From an archaeon (GTDB taxonomy: Archaea > Nanobdellota > Nanobdellia > Pacearchaeales > GW2011-AR1): a DNA stretch of 64,000 nt. Within the stretch, counting starts at the first letter, position 1. Every line of letters starts with the position of its first letter. The notes beneath the pieces are model-generated. The model was not told the DNA's origin. It searched no databases and saw nothing but the letters and a program-made list of their open reading frames with translations. A program made the position numbers and the translations under genes. The stretch is taken from the NCBI GenBank assembly GCA_043797265.1, contig JAZDPV010000012.1:58016-122015 (forward strand), in the 5' to 3' direction. Of this stretch, positions 30,931 to 41,826 are shown piece by piece.

Positions 30931-32163
30931 TTAATAATATGAAGTTTCTACTTCTTCAATTGGTTTTTCCTTCCGTGTAAGAAGAACAATCAATACTGCC
31001 AAGAGAACAACAAAGATAATCACAAGGACTACCGTCAAAGCAACAACCGAAGTCGAAACACTTTCGCCAACAACGTTCGCGCCAAAAACAATTTGTTCAC
31101 CGTTAACACCAACAGAGAAAGTATAAGTTCCAATCTCGGCATCTTCTGCCGCAGTCACGCTAATAGCAACACTCTCGCTTGAACCAGGGCCAACAGTAAT
31201 TACTGAAGGAACTGAAACGCTCAAAACATTACCAGAAACAGACTCTATATTGAAAACCTTAACACTGTCCGCGGAATTAACAATAACCAAATCATAAGTT
31301 ACTGTCTCTCCAGCATTCAAATCCTTATTCTTCGCAGCAGCCAAAACCATAGTCGAAGTCGAATCGCCAACACTAATTAACTTAGTGGCAACAACTTCAG
31401 CATCGTCGTTATATGCCTTAATTTCCAACTCATAAACACCACCTTTGGCGTTTTCAGGAACCTTCAAGGGAATAACTATTTCCATAGAATCTTCATCGTC
31501 GCAATTACTTACAACAACATTATCGTAGCCATCTTCAGACAAGACGCAATCTTCTGTAGGAATCAAATCCCCAACATACCCTCGCGAAGAAATCGCCAAG
31601 GCGGGAATCGAAACCTGAACATAAACATCGTCTAATCTATCGTAACCATTGTTTTTAACAACAACAGAAACCGGAACAACATCGCCAGCCGAAATTCTCG
31701 AAGAATAATCAGCACTCAAAACTTCGATAGTATAAGATTCTCTCTGCATACTAACGGTATACTCCTGCTCTGTTCTTTTATCTTTAGAAACAATCTCAAC
31801 ATAGAGAGTATATTCCTCGGACAACTTATCAGAATCAGAAGGTAGCTTCAAGCTCAAAAGCTTTGTATAAACATTGCCACTTTCAACATCAAATCTGCTA
31901 GTCGAAGCGGAAATATCCTCACGATAGCCTTCCATGGAAACTTTGACTTTTACGTCACTCTCGTCGCTCGAAGCCGCAAATGTTACTCGCACTGGAACAA
32001 CATCGCCAACATTACCAACCATGGTAGTTGAAGCTCCCAACCCGACACTGTTAAATTCCACGTCGACGCCAGTCGCAAGACCAGCCGAAGCGAAACCCAC
32101 AATCATCAGAGTTACAACTGCAACAAAAGGAATCAAAAGCAAATTTCTTTTCATTTTTTCCAT
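30931..32163 (-). CDS. surface/S-layer-like protein with Ig-like domains
   Basis: Signal peptide, acidic beta-rich repeats, C-terminal TM helix and ...EEVETSYY. Confidence 0.8.
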   Translation of the reverse strand: MEKMKRNLLLIPFVAVVTLMIVGFASAGLATGVDVEFNSVGLGASTTMVGNVGDVVPVRVTFAASSDESDVKVKVSMEGYREDISASTSRFDVESGNVYTKLLSLKLPSDSDKLSEEYTLYVEIVSKDKRTEQEYTVSMQRESYTIEVLSADYSSRISAGDVVPVSVVVKNNGYDRLDDVYVQVSIPALAISSRGYVGDLIPTEDCVLSEDGYDNVVVSNCDDEDSMEIVIPLKVPENAKGGVYELEIKAYNDDAEVVATKLISVGDSTSTMVLAAAKNKDLNAGETVTYDLVIVNSADSVKVFNIESVSGNVLSVSVPSVITVGPGSSESVAISVTAAEDAEIGTYTFSVGVNGEQIVFGANVVGESVSTSVVALTVVLVIIFVVLLAVLIVLLTRKEKPIEEVETSYY

Positions 32164-32291
32164 CCTAATTTAGTTAAACTCTCAACAAATAAAAGCTATT
32201 TAAACCTTAGCATTGTCGTAATTTCAAAAGGACAAAAAGATTTAAATAGTATACCAACGTATACCAAATATCGTAAATCAGAGTAACAAAA

Positions 32292-32555
32292 ATGACAATT
32301 AAAAAAATACCAGCCGGAAAAATCACAACCATAAAACTTTTGGACGAAACAAAACTCCGAATCGAAAAACTCCGACAAAACAAGGGCGAATCCTACGACG
32401 ACATTCTAAGAAAAATTCTCTACATCTTAAACACCGCCCGAGACGAACCCGACAAGGCAAAACGAATCCTTGAAAGAATTTCTGAACTTCGAAACCGAAT
32501 GCTCGAAGAAGAAAGACAACAAAAAGAAGATCTAAAGAAAGAAAATGGAAAATAA
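32292..32555 (+). CDS. ribbon-helix-helix-like DNA-binding protein
   Basis: ITTIKL..ETK.R.EKL....ESYDDILRKIL. Confidence 0.75.
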   Translation: MTIKKIPAGKITTIKLLDETKLRIEKLRQNKGESYDDILRKILYILNTARDEPDKAKRILERISELRNRMLEEERQQKEDLKKENGK

Positions 32556-32942
32556 TAATGAAAAAAGAAAACCCCTTTAATAAAAAATCCAAAAAATAAC
32601 AGAAGAAAGAACTACTCAAGAATTTAAAGAATATATCGTCGGAGGAACTATATACTTTTATACTCTTCTAACATATCCTCACGAAATATCTCTTAAAGAA
32701 GCAAAAAACTAGAAAAACTATGTGACGAAAATGGATTTTTTCATGAACAAAAAATTATTCCAAATACCCCCCTTGCCGAAATCTACGATACATCTTTAAA
32801 GACGATATGAACAATAAAAATTCCTATAGCCTTAATCATTACAAAAGATTAGGAAAACCAAAAATCATAAAAAATACAAAAAAGAAATTTGTATTTTAGA
32901 ATCTATCTTTCAATAATCCGCCTTCTTCCTATAACCTATCCT

Positions 32943-33731
32943 CTATTGTCTATTAACTAATTCCCACTCTCTCATCCCAACAACCGAATCCACAACAGCG
33001 TCGGGACTTTCGCAAATCAAAACAATATCCTTATCTAAATCCCTAAGAAAATCAAGCAACTTTCTCCACTCAGACAAAGGCGTCACCAAATGTTTCTTCT
33101 CCCCCTTCTCACCAAACTCAATCCCAGAAAAATGCACATGCCAATTCTTCAACTTAAACTCGTCCCTAATTTTATCAAACTCATACTTTCCATAACGAGC
33201 CAACACATGCGCAATATCAATACAAACCCCACATCCTGTCTCGCGAACCAACCGACCAACCTCATCAATCGAACCAAAAACATTCACCTTCCCCATCACC
33301 TCCGGACACAACTCAACATCCCATTTATTTTCCTTCACAACTTTCATCATCTCAATTATTTCCCCCGCAATTTTATTCCCAACTTCCTCCGAACTCATAC
33401 CAGTATAAAACCCCGGATGAAAAACAACTCGCTTCGCCCCAAGCCACGACGCGACCTCGCAACATTTCAAAATCCTCGTCTTCGACATCTCAACTTTTTT
33501 CTCGTCCTTCGAATTTAAATTAACCCAATACGGCGCATGCACCGACAAAAAAATCCCCAACCTCTCCGCGACCCTCCCAATTTTCACCGCGTCCTCTTTC
33601 TCTTTAATATAAACCCCATAAGTAAACAAAACCTCCGCCGCTCGAAATCCCAACTTGTGATACATTTCCAAATTCGCAACCGCGTCACCAACCGGACCAA
33701 TCCCCGTCGGTCCAAACTTTATTTTCGACAT
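32943..33731 (-). CDS. nfo: endonuclease IV family (AP endonuclease 2) TIM barrel
   Basis: HAPYWVNLNS, VFHPG, EVMGK..VFGS, CIDIAH, HVHFSGI, H...ESP. Confidence 0.9.
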   Translation of the reverse strand: MSKIKFGPTGIGPVGDAVANLEMYHKLGFRAAEVLFTYGVYIKEKEDAVKIGRVAERLGIFLSVHAPYWVNLNSKDEKKVEMSKTRILKCCEVASWLGAKRVVFHPGFYTGMSSEEVGNKIAGEIIEMMKVVKENKWDVELCPEVMGKVNVFGSIDEVGRLVRETGCGVCIDIAHVLARYGKYEFDKIRDEFKLKNWHVHFSGIEFGEKGEKKHLVTPLSEWRKLLDFLRDLDKDIVLICESPDAVVDSVVGMREWELVNRQ

Positions 33732-33794
33732 ATAACAAAAACAATAAGCAACAATTTAAATTTATCCATCTTCCTTAAAAATTAAAACCCATAA

Positions 33795-34052
33795 TTAATT
33801 ATAAACATTGTCCCTCTTGTCAATTTTCACCACGACAATTCTTTTCTCTTCGTAGTTCACACGATAAAGCACTCGATACTTCCCAATCCTTATTCTAAAC
33901 GTCGGCAATTCATATCCTAAAACTCTTTTAGCATTATGCGGAACGGGATTTTGTTTCAAAATTTCAAGTTTCTCAGAAATTCTCTCAAAAAGTTTATTTT
34001 CACACCGAGAAAGAAAATATTCAGACTGCTTATCAACTTTTATTTCGAACAT
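33795..34052 (-). CDS. RelE/ParE family toxin
   Basis: NPVP...FRIRIGKYRVLY...IDKRDNVY. Confidence 0.9.
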   Translation of the reverse strand: MFEIKVDKQSEYFLSRCENKLFERISEKLEILKQNPVPHNAKRVLGYELPTFRIRIGKYRVLYRVNYEEKRIVVVKIDKRDNVYN

Positions 34053-34227
34053 CTCTAATTTCCTCTAAAGAAACCAAATTCCCAGATTTCTCGTTTCTCA
34101 CACTCTCGTCAAGCATTCTTCTTTCTTCTTCAGTCACAATAACATCTGCATCAACCATGTTCTCCTGTATACATTTCAAAATCTTCTCAATCCTATCTAA
34201 TCTAATATCTATATTTTGCTGCTCCAT
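34033..34227 (-). CDS. putative antitoxin of the RelE toxin
   Basis: Small acidic protein (TEEE...G.LVSLEEI) overlapping the toxin start. Confidence 0.8.
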   Translation of the reverse strand: MEQQNIDIRLDRIEKILKCIQENMVDADVIVTEEERRMLDESVRNEKSGNLVSLEEIRDVRNKS

Positions 34228-34274
34228 AAACAATCAACACTTCATGCCTATATAAAATTTTCTGAAACATCATC

Positions 34275-34349
34275 CTACAAAAGCAAATTTAAACCTTCCG
34301 CGTCACCAACCGACCCAATCCCCGTCGGCCCAAACTTTATTTTAGACAT
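34275..34349 (-). pseudogene. degenerate duplicate of the nfo 5' end
   Basis: Encodes MSKIKFGPTGIGSVGDA versus nfo MSKIKFGPTGIGPVGDA. Confidence 0.9.
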
Positions 34350-34373
34350 AATAAACACAAAACAAAAGAGAAT

Positions 34374-34523
34374 CTAAAGATTTTCATCAATCTCTTCAAG
34401 TCCTCTCGGACAAATATAAATAACAACACTTTGGTCACCCAAAACTTCTCTAAGATATTCTTCACTAACACATCTCGTTTCAATATACCTTCTCATTTCT
34501 CTCACTATTGTTTCTTCGTCCAT
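34374..34523 (-). CDS. possible 49-aa hypothetical protein
   Basis: MDEETIVREMRRYIETRCVSEEYLREVLG...; fills the gap; length only. Confidence 0.3.
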   Translation of the reverse strand: MDEETIVREMRRYIETRCVSEEYLREVLGDQSVVIYICPRGLEEIDENL

Positions 34524-34528
34524 ATTCT

Positions 34529-35002
34529 CTAACTCGGCACATCCAAAATTTCTAAATTAATCTTCCCCAAATTCTGAACAAGATAAGTATGCAACTTCTT
34601 AATCACCAAATCCTGCAATCCCTCTTTCAACAAACCATGACATCTCCCAATATTACTCTCCGGAATCATCACAACACCGTCGGGCAACACGCAACTCATC
34701 TTCTGATTTTCCAACTTAATCGAATCCTGATTATTCAACTCCCCCATCAACAACTCAACATCAACCATACACCCGGCATCCGAACTACCTTTAATGGTAT
34801 ATTCAAAAATCATATCCGTCCCTCCAACAAACTTCGTCTTATCACAACTCTTCAAATTCTCATTGAAACAATCCCAGTTATCACAACTTTTATAATTAAG
34901 AAACCAAAACCATACGACAACCAAAACCACAACCAACAAAATCAAAACCACAACCAACTTCCAACTTGAATACCACGACCCCTTTTCTTTTAACATCCAC
35001 AT
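34529..35002 (-). CDS. membrane-anchored Cys-rich hypothetical protein
   Basis: N-terminal TM helix; C...DCF...C...C...C...CHG. Confidence 0.75.
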   Translation of the reverse strand: MWMLKEKGSWYSSWKLVVVLILLVVVLVVVWFWFLNYKSCDNWDCFNENLKSCDKTKFVGGTDMIFEYTIKGSSDAGCMVDVELLMGELNNQDSIKLENQKMSCVLPDGVVMIPESNIGRCHGLLKEGLQDLVIKKLHTYLVQNLGKINLEILDVPS

Positions 35003-35070
35003 TAAAACAAAACAAACTATATAAAACTTATCAAAATAAAAAATAAAGACCCTCAAACGAGGGATTAATA

Positions 35071-36222
35071 TTACAACGAAATTAATTGAACACTATCCGA
35101 CGAAACTTTGCCAAATGTCTTTGCCGCCACCGCTCTCGAACCAAGTTTCTCAGCAACCTCGATCACAACATCAGTCGCAGACAAAACCATCAAAACAAAA
35201 GCATCTCTCGCGTCAACGCTATCAAGTCTCGAAACAGAAATATTCTTGACAACTTCCAAATCCTCGTTCACAACAAGAACATTCCGTCCCTTGATTTCTG
35301 AAGCAATTTCTCTCAACTTGGCAATATCGTCGTCGCCCAAATTTCTTCGAACAACTTTGTCGCTCGACTCGACAACCGCTCTGCTCAAACCAGAATCAGA
35401 CTTGTTCAAAAAAACATTTGCCGGAACTTTTTTCCTAAGTGCTTGCAAAATTTCTTTTCCAGCCAGCTCTTCAACTTCCTTGCCATCTGGCGCAACAGCG
35501 ATATAAACAACTTTCGCATTGTCACAAACATTTTGCGCAATCAGCTTTCCGCCCCTGTCACCGTCGACAAACAAAGTCAATTCCTTGCTCTCACCCAAAA
35601 CTGCAATCGTCTTCGGAAATCGCGTCCCCTGCATGCCAACAACATTCTTAATTCCGCACTTCAGCAAATTGATAACATCAGCTCGCCCTTCAACAACAAT
35701 AACCTCATTGGACGAATCAACATCAGGACCCGCAGCCAAACTTTCTGGACCATAACTAACAACCTTCGCGGTTCGACTCGACTCTCTCAATTCCGTTCCC
35801 ATTTCTGTCGAATCCATTCCTTCGTTCTTGATCCCAGCCAACAAAGCCTTCGCTCGTTCCATGATATAATCCCGCTTAGAACCACGAACATCAGAAATAT
35901 CTCGAATCGTTATCTTCGCATCAGTCGGACCAATCTTGTCAATCGTTTCCAAAGCCGCAGCAATAATCGTCGTCTCGGTTTTATCCAAGGCAGTCGGAAT
36001 AATAATCTTACCAGTTGTCTTCCCGCCCTCGCTAGTCAAATCAACTTCGATACGACCAATCTTTCCTTCCTTCTGAAGCTCTCTCAATTCCATATCAGAA
36101 CCAAGCAATCCTTCAGTCTGTCCAAACAAAGCCCCGATAACATCAGGTTTCTGGAACGGACCTTCCGCTACAAAATCTGCCACAATCGAATATTTTATCG
36201 ACGTCGGACTTATCTTTGCCAT
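35071..36222 (-). CDS. dnaG: archaeal DnaG-like protein
   Basis: KPDVIGALFGQTEGLLG, GKIGRI, VEGRADV, DGDRGG, APDGKEVEEL. Confidence 0.95.
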   Translation of the reverse strand: MAKISPTSIKYSIVADFVAEGPFQKPDVIGALFGQTEGLLGSDMELRELQKEGKIGRIEVDLTSEGGKTTGKIIIPTALDKTETTIIAAALETIDKIGPTDAKITIRDISDVRGSKRDYIMERAKALLAGIKNEGMDSTEMGTELRESSRTAKVVSYGPESLAAGPDVDSSNEVIVVEGRADVINLLKCGIKNVVGMQGTRFPKTIAVLGESKELTLFVDGDRGGKLIAQNVCDNAKVVYIAVAPDGKEVEELAGKEILQALRKKVPANVFLNKSDSGLSRAVVESSDKVVRRNLGDDDIAKLREIASEIKGRNVLVVNEDLEVVKNISVSRLDSVDARDAFVLMVLSATDVVIEVAEKLGSRAVAAKTFGKVSSDSVQLISL

Positions 36223-36632
36223 TTCTCAGACCTCCGAGAAATGGTCAATGAATGATTTACAATCATACTTTGCCATTTTCTTCTCCATATTTAATTCATT
36301 AGAAATATACCTATCTTGAACTACTAACCGTGAATATGATAATCATGAAATACAGGTCATCCCTAACAAAAAACACAACAAATTTCAACTTATAAATCTT
36401 TCCAAATCAAAAATTCCACACATCCAGCAATTCCCAACACAAATATTTATAAAGATTTCAGCTCAGTAAAAACTAATTAAAGAGGGTAAAATAAAAAAGA
36501 CCGCAGCCCGACGACGAATAATAACTTAAAACAAAATGTCTGAAAACGAAGAAAGCATAAATGCAGAATACCAGGATTTAGAAAACGAGTTTGACCTTGA
36601 AGAAGACCTCGAATAATTTTCTTATTTTATTT

Positions 36633-37196
36633 TTAATTGTCCCCTAATAACTTTGCCTCTCTAAACATACCCAACGCTTTATACATGCCAAACAATTTCC
36701 CCCTAATCTCACCCCTCTCAATCTCGTCCAAATCCATTTTAATCAACTTCTCATAAAATTTCACCGCCCCCAATCTCTTCCCCTTCATCTCCAAATCCCT
36801 CGCCAAAACCAAATAAATATTTTTCCTCGCCAATTTAATTTTCATCGCCTCCGCACCCTTCGCGTCCCGCCCCGCCCGAATAAACATTTCCTCAGCGTCG
36901 TCAATCTTCCCAATTTTCGTAAACAACTCCGCCGCATTCAAATAACTTTCAATCTTATCGCGAGCCATAACTTCCATCCCCGCCTTGTTCACCATCGCCT
37001 TCGCCGCCTTCTCAAACATTTTCCTCTCCTTATACAACTCACACAACTCTCCCCACAAAAATCTCTTAATCTCAAAATTAAATCCCGGAATTTTCACCGC
37101 CGACTCTAAATAAATAATCTTGTTCAAAGCCGTGTTCATCCCTTTCAACTTCTCCCCAATCTCCTCAACCGTCCGCTCCCGCACTTGAATCCCCAT
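36633..37196 (-). CDS. helical-repeat (TPR-like) hypothetical protein
   Basis: Amphipathic helical repeats. Confidence 0.75.
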   Translation of the reverse strand: MGIQVRERTVEEIGEKLKGMNTALNKIIYLESAVKIPGFNFEIKRFLWGELCELYKERKMFEKAAKAMVNKAGMEVMARDKIESYLNAAELFTKIGKIDDAEEMFIRAGRDAKGAEAMKIKLARKNIYLVLARDLEMKGKRLGAVKFYEKLIKMDLDEIERGEIRGKLFGMYKALGMFREAKLLGDN

Positions 37197-37245
37197 CACA
37201 AAAAAATGAAGAGAGAGTTTTTAAGAATTTATATTGTAAAACATC

Positions 37246-37650
37246 TTAAGACAAATCCCTTCCTTGACAAACATACATTGTAGTTTGCACTCTAAACCAT
37301 CTCGAAAGTTCTCTTTCAAATTGAGAAGTATCCTTTTTAATCCTATTTCTTATCTCAACAATCTTTTCACAAGGTATATCTACATCCGAAATCCGCCCAC
37401 CATCAATATACGAGACACCACAAAATTTTCTCCCATATTCTTCTCCATTAAACGAATATTCTACTGAGACATTACACTTTCTCATCAAATCCCCAACCTC
37501 ATTCCTCAACCTCGCCTCGTCCTCAACTTCCTCACTCCACGCAACATCACGTCGACTAGAAGAACCATCAATCACCGACGCGAAATAACCAAGCCCCAAG
37601 CCAGCCCCGACGACGCCCCTCATAAAATCCCTTCTCGTAACCTTCTCCAT
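37246..37650 (-). CDS. hypothetical protein with twin-arginine-like N-terminus
   Basis: TRRDFM followed by a hydrophobic stretch. Confidence 0.6.
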   Translation of the reverse strand: MEKVTRRDFMRGVVGAGLGLGYFASVIDGSSSRRDVAWSEEVEDEARLRNEVGDLMRKCNVSVEYSFNGEEYGRKFCGVSYIDGGRISDVDIPCEKIVEIRNRIKKDTSQFERELSRWFRVQTTMYVCQGRDLS

Positions 37651-37719
37651 AAAAAATCCAACAGAACTTACTTTTTAAAAATTTGCATACTACAAAAAGA
37701 AAAGAAAAAATTAATTTAT

Positions 37720-37791
37720 AGCAGGGAATTTCGCCGTGTAAAAAAATTCGCGATGTGCTCTCGCACATAAGAATTTTTTTACCAAGAAATT
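37720..37791. repeat. dispersed intergenic element, copy 2
   Basis: Homologous to 3073-3176. Confidence 0.65.
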
Positions 37792-37816
37792 ATCGCTAGA
37801 AATTAAATTTTTGAAA

Positions 37817-39097
37817 TTATATTTTTTTCTCGACGAGACTTTTGCAAACACCCGCCGCAACTGTAACCCCAGCATCTCGAATCGCGAATCTCGCCATGTT
37901 TGGATTCTTATCAACAGACTCCAATACAAGATTCCCAATCGGCTTGATTCTTACAATAGCGACATCCCCATTCTTCAAAAAGTCTGGGTTCTGTTGCATA
38001 ACCTGTCCCGTAGCCGGGTCCAACTTCGCTTTAAGTTCAATAAACTGACATGGAACTTGAGCCGTGTGAACATGGAAAACTGGTGTATAACCTTTAGCAA
38101 TAACAGTCGGATGATTAATCACAGCAATCTGCGCTTCAAATTCCTCGACCATACTTGCCGGATGAGCCGCGTCACAAATAACATCACCTCGAGCTACGTC
38201 TTTCTTGCCAATACCTCGAATGTTAACACCAACGTTATCTCCAGCTTCAGCTTCTTTCAACTGCTCATGATGAGCTTCGATACTTCGAACTTCACCCGCA
38301 ATACCAGCTCCAGACCGTCCTGGAATCACAATAATTTTCTGTCCAACTTTCATAACCCCAGTCTCAACCTTTCCTACAGGAACCGTACCAATTCCAGTAA
38401 TTTCATAAACATCTTGAATCGGCATTCTCATTGGCAACCCCGTTGGTTTCTCGGGTGCAGGAAACTTATCAATCTGTTCCAAAACAGTAGGACCGGTATA
38501 CCAAGCCATCTTATCAGATTTCTTAGAAATATTATCTCCCTTCAAAGCGGAACCCGCAATAAAAGGTATATCCTTATATCCTACCTTACTAATAACATCA
38601 GTAACATTTTTCTTGACTTCTTTAAACTTCTCTTCAGAGTAATTCACAACATCCATCTTATTAATAAGAACAGCAAGTTGTTTAACTCCCATAGTTCGAA
38701 GCAAAGAAACATGTTCTCGAGTTTGTGGCTGAACACCACCATCAGCCGCTACAACCAAAAACGCCGCGTCCGCTTGCGAAGCACCCGTAATCATATTCTT
38801 AACAAAATCTTTGTGCCCCGGCGCATCAATAATGGTAACCTCAAAATTCTTGGTAACAATTTTCTTATAAGACAAATTAATTGTAACTCCTCTCTCTCGC
38901 TCTTCCTTAAGATTATCCATTACATAAGCAAACTCAAATCCGGCTTTGCCATACTTCGCTGCCTCTTCCTTAAACTTCTTCATTTCCTGTTCAGAAACCA
39001 AACCACAATCATAGAAAAGTCTACCAACACAAGTCGATTTCCCATGGTCAACATGTCCAACGAAGACAACATTCATTCCTGGTTTTTCTCTAGCCAT
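37817..39097 (-). CDS. tuf: elongation factor 1-alpha
   Basis: [26 protein letters not shown]. Confidence 0.98.
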   Translation of the reverse strand: MAREKPGMNVVFVGHVDHGKSTCVGRLFYDCGLVSEQEMKKFKEEAAKYGKAGFEFAYVMDNLKEERERGVTINLSYKKIVTKNFEVTIIDAPGHKDFVKNMITGASQADAAFLVVAADGGVQPQTREHVSLLRTMGVKQLAVLINKMDVVNYSEEKFKEVKKNVTDVISKVGYKDIPFIAGSALKGDNISKKSDKMAWYTGPTVLEQIDKFPAPEKPTGLPMRMPIQDVYEITGIGTVPVGKVETGVMKVGQKIIVIPGRSGAGIAGEVRSIEAHHEQLKEAEAGDNVGVNIRGIGKKDVARGDVICDAAHPASMVEEFEAQIAVINHPTVIAKGYTPVFHVHTAQVPCQFIELKAKLDPATGQVMQQNPDFLKNGDVAIVRIKPIGNLVLESVDKNPNMARFAIRDAGVTVAAGVCKSLVEKKI

Positions 39098-39356
39098 ATT
39101 ATATAATTAAAATTTAGCTTTTTAAAGATTGTGGTTGTAAAAAAATTTTAAAAAAATAAAAATAAAATTTGCAATCACAAACCAGACAACCGAAAACTAT
39201 ATGACATTATCTCCGACGACAACTCCAAAAAATTCACTACCAACCTATCCTAACAAAAAATCCGTGTCATCCGTATTAATCCGTGCCAATCCGTGAACCT
39301 CCTCGGCACAAATACAAAGACTTCACATCGCTCACAAATATTTTCCCAAAATAAAT

Positions 39357-41528
39357 TTACTGATTCTCCGCCAATCCTTTCCTCGCCCTAATCTGCTTAA
39401 TCACTTTCACCTGCAAATCCGACGGCAATCTCTTAAACGACTGTGACACTAACGACGAAGAACCCCTTCCCTCCGTCGCTGAACGCAAATCTGAAGTCCA
39501 TCCAATCATTTCTTGAACCGGAAGTTCCGCACGAATCGTAATCCCACTCTCGTCCTGCTGAACATCAACCAACGTCCCACGCTTTGTAGAAACAAGAGAA
39601 GTAACCGCGCCCATAAAAGAAACCGGCGCCTCAATCTGATGAATCTGAACCGGCTCATAAATCGCAGGGACCGCCTTCGCGAACGCTTCCTTAATCGCAT
39701 CACGAACCGCCGGATAAACTTGCGCCGGCCCTCGATGAATCGCATCCTCATGCAACTTCATATCAACAACCGAAACTTTCATCTTATGACACGGCTCTCT
39801 CGCCAACGGCCCAGCATCCATCACCTGCTCAAACGAATCCAACAACAATTCAATAACCTCACCAATCTGCACAATCCCTTTCGTCCTATCCAAAAAAACC
39901 GAACCCTTGTAAATATCCCGATACTGTTGCGCCTCATCCCGCGGAATTCCCAACTTAACCAGCGTCTCATCCAATGTCTTATCTTTCTTTTTCATTCTTC
40001 CCTTCGGCAAAGTCCCGTCGGCAATCGCATTTACAATCGATTCCTCCAACGGCTCAACCGTCACGAAAAAATCATTATGCTTGTTTGGCGTTCTCCCGAC
40101 GGCAACACCACTATTTTTCACAACCGACTCACGGAAAACAACAATCGGCGGACCCATCACAACCTCGAGTCCCTTCTCGCTCTTAATCCTGTTCTCGATA
40201 ATTTCCAAATGCAATTCTCCCATTCCAGAAATCAACGACTCTCCCGTCTCGTCATTAATTTCAATTCTTAATCCCGGGTCCTCTTTCCCAACCTGCCTCA
40301 AAACCTCAATCAGCTTCGGCAAATCCGCAGTTCTCTTCGCCGCAATCGACTTCGTGACAACCGGCTCAAACAAATGACTAATCGCCTCAAACGGCTCAAT
40401 CGGATTTCTCGAAACCGTTTCCCCGACGACGACATCTCTCAACCCAACAATCCCGACAATATTCCCAGCGACGACTTCATTCATCTGAATCCTCGACGCG
40501 CCCCTATAAATCGAAACCTGTTGCGCCCTAACTTTCGTCCCAGCAATATTCATATACAACTCATCACCCTGTTTAATCTTCCCCGCAAACAATCTGCCAC
40601 AAGCAACCTCGCCAGCGTGCGGGTCAATCACAATCTTAATCGGCACAAACGCAACTTCACCGTCGATATTACAAGTTTTCAAATCCTTCCCAACCTCGCT
40701 ATTAATATCTCCGTGCCAAATTTTCGGAATTCTATAACTCTGCGCAACAACCGGGTCTGGATGATTATTAACAACCATGTTCAAAATAACCTCATGAATC
40801 GGCGCCTTCTTCGCCAACTCCTTATAATTTTCCCCGCCCTTTTCATAAGCATCAATAATCTCCTTGAATGAAATCCCTTTCTTCTTCATATACGGGATGC
40901 TCAACGCCCAATTATGAAACGCCGACCCAAACGCGACGCTCCCATTCGCAACACTAACCTGAAACTTCTGCTTATACTCCGGCTCCGCAATTTCCGCAAT
41001 CAATCCATTCACTGAATTAATAATCTCAACAAATCTCTTCTGCATCTCCTCCGGCGTCAACTTAACTTCTCGAATCAACCTATCAACTTTATTAATAAAT
41101 AAAATCGGCTTAACCCTCTCTTTCAACGCCTGTCTCAAAACTGTCTCAGTCTGTGGCATAATTCCCTCGCTCGCACAAGTCAAGACAATCGCACCATCAA
41201 CCGCTCTCATCGCCCTCGTCACGTCCCCGCCAAAATCAACATGCCCCGGCGTATCAATCAAATTAATTAAATAATCCTGCCCCTCAATACTATGAACCAT
41301 CGACACCGACGCTGAATCAATAGTAATTCCCCGCTCCGCCTCGTCCTCATGAAAATCCAACGCGCATTTTTTCCCCGCTAATTCCTGCGAAAGCATCCCA
41401 GCCCCCGCCAAAAGATTATCCGAAAACGTCGTCTTCCCGTGGTCAATGTGCGCGCAAATCGCAATGTTCCGAATATGCTTCGGCTCATTCTGCAATTCCT
41501 TAACTCTTATCGTCATATCAACTGCCAT
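39357..41528 (-). CDS. fusA: elongation factor 2
   Basis: AHIDHGKTT, RGITI, DTPGHVDF, NKVDR, diphthamide loop HEDAIHRGPAQ. Confidence 0.98.
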   Translation of the reverse strand: MAVDMTIRVKELQNEPKHIRNIAICAHIDHGKTTFSDNLLAGAGMLSQELAGKKCALDFHEDEAERGITIDSASVSMVHSIEGQDYLINLIDTPGHVDFGGDVTRAMRAVDGAIVLTCASEGIMPQTETVLRQALKERVKPILFINKVDRLIREVKLTPEEMQKRFVEIINSVNGLIAEIAEPEYKQKFQVSVANGSVAFGSAFHNWALSIPYMKKKGISFKEIIDAYEKGGENYKELAKKAPIHEVILNMVVNNHPDPVVAQSYRIPKIWHGDINSEVGKDLKTCNIDGEVAFVPIKIVIDPHAGEVACGRLFAGKIKQGDELYMNIAGTKVRAQQVSIYRGASRIQMNEVVAGNIVGIVGLRDVVVGETVSRNPIEPFEAISHLFEPVVTKSIAAKRTADLPKLIEVLRQVGKEDPGLRIEINDETGESLISGMGELHLEIIENRIKSEKGLEVVMGPPIVVFRESVVKNSGVAVGRTPNKHNDFFVTVEPLEESIVNAIADGTLPKGRMKKKDKTLDETLVKLGIPRDEAQQYRDIYKGSVFLDRTKGIVQIGEVIELLLDSFEQVMDAGPLAREPCHKMKVSVVDMKLHEDAIHRGPAQVYPAVRDAIKEAFAKAVPAIYEPVQIHQIEAPVSFMGAVTSLVSTKRGTLVDVQQDESGITIRAELPVQEMIGWTSDLRSATEGRGSSSLVSQSFKRLPSDLQVKVIKQIRARKGLAENQ

Positions 41529-41622
41529 TCCATCCAATCGAAAATTCGCTTTAAAAACTTTTGGCAAAACTACTTAGTAATTTTCCAAAGTTCTTCAAAA
41601 TACTTTTTTATTTTTATTCTAC

Positions 41623-41826
41623 TTAACACAAACTCAAAGATTCAACAGCACTTGTTGGCAAAATCTTTTTCACATCCAATATCTCGATGCCCAAAGTTTT
41701 CCCGTCTTTATCGACGTCAATATTCACAGAATCATTCAAAGAAATTGTCTGGACTACTTCTCCCGCTTCTATTTCCTTAAAATAAACATACACCGAATCA
41801 GATTCTTTGTCATATTCAATTCTCAT
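41623..41826 (-). CDS. DUF2283 family protein (putative antitoxin)
   Basis: YDKESDSVY..F...D.DKDG..LGIEIL. Confidence 0.85.
   Translation of the reverse strand: MRIEYDKESDSVYVYFKEIEAGEVVQTISLNDSVNIDVDKDGKTLGIEILDVKKILPTSAVESLSLC

Noticed and set aside
32558-32940. AT-rich stretch with short broken ORFs
   Set aside because: Possibly a decayed gene, but no recognisable motif or intact frame
36226-36288. Short upstream ORF (MAKYDCKSF...) whose start resembles the dnaG start
   Set aside because: The match is only ~10 bp, too short to call a terminus duplication
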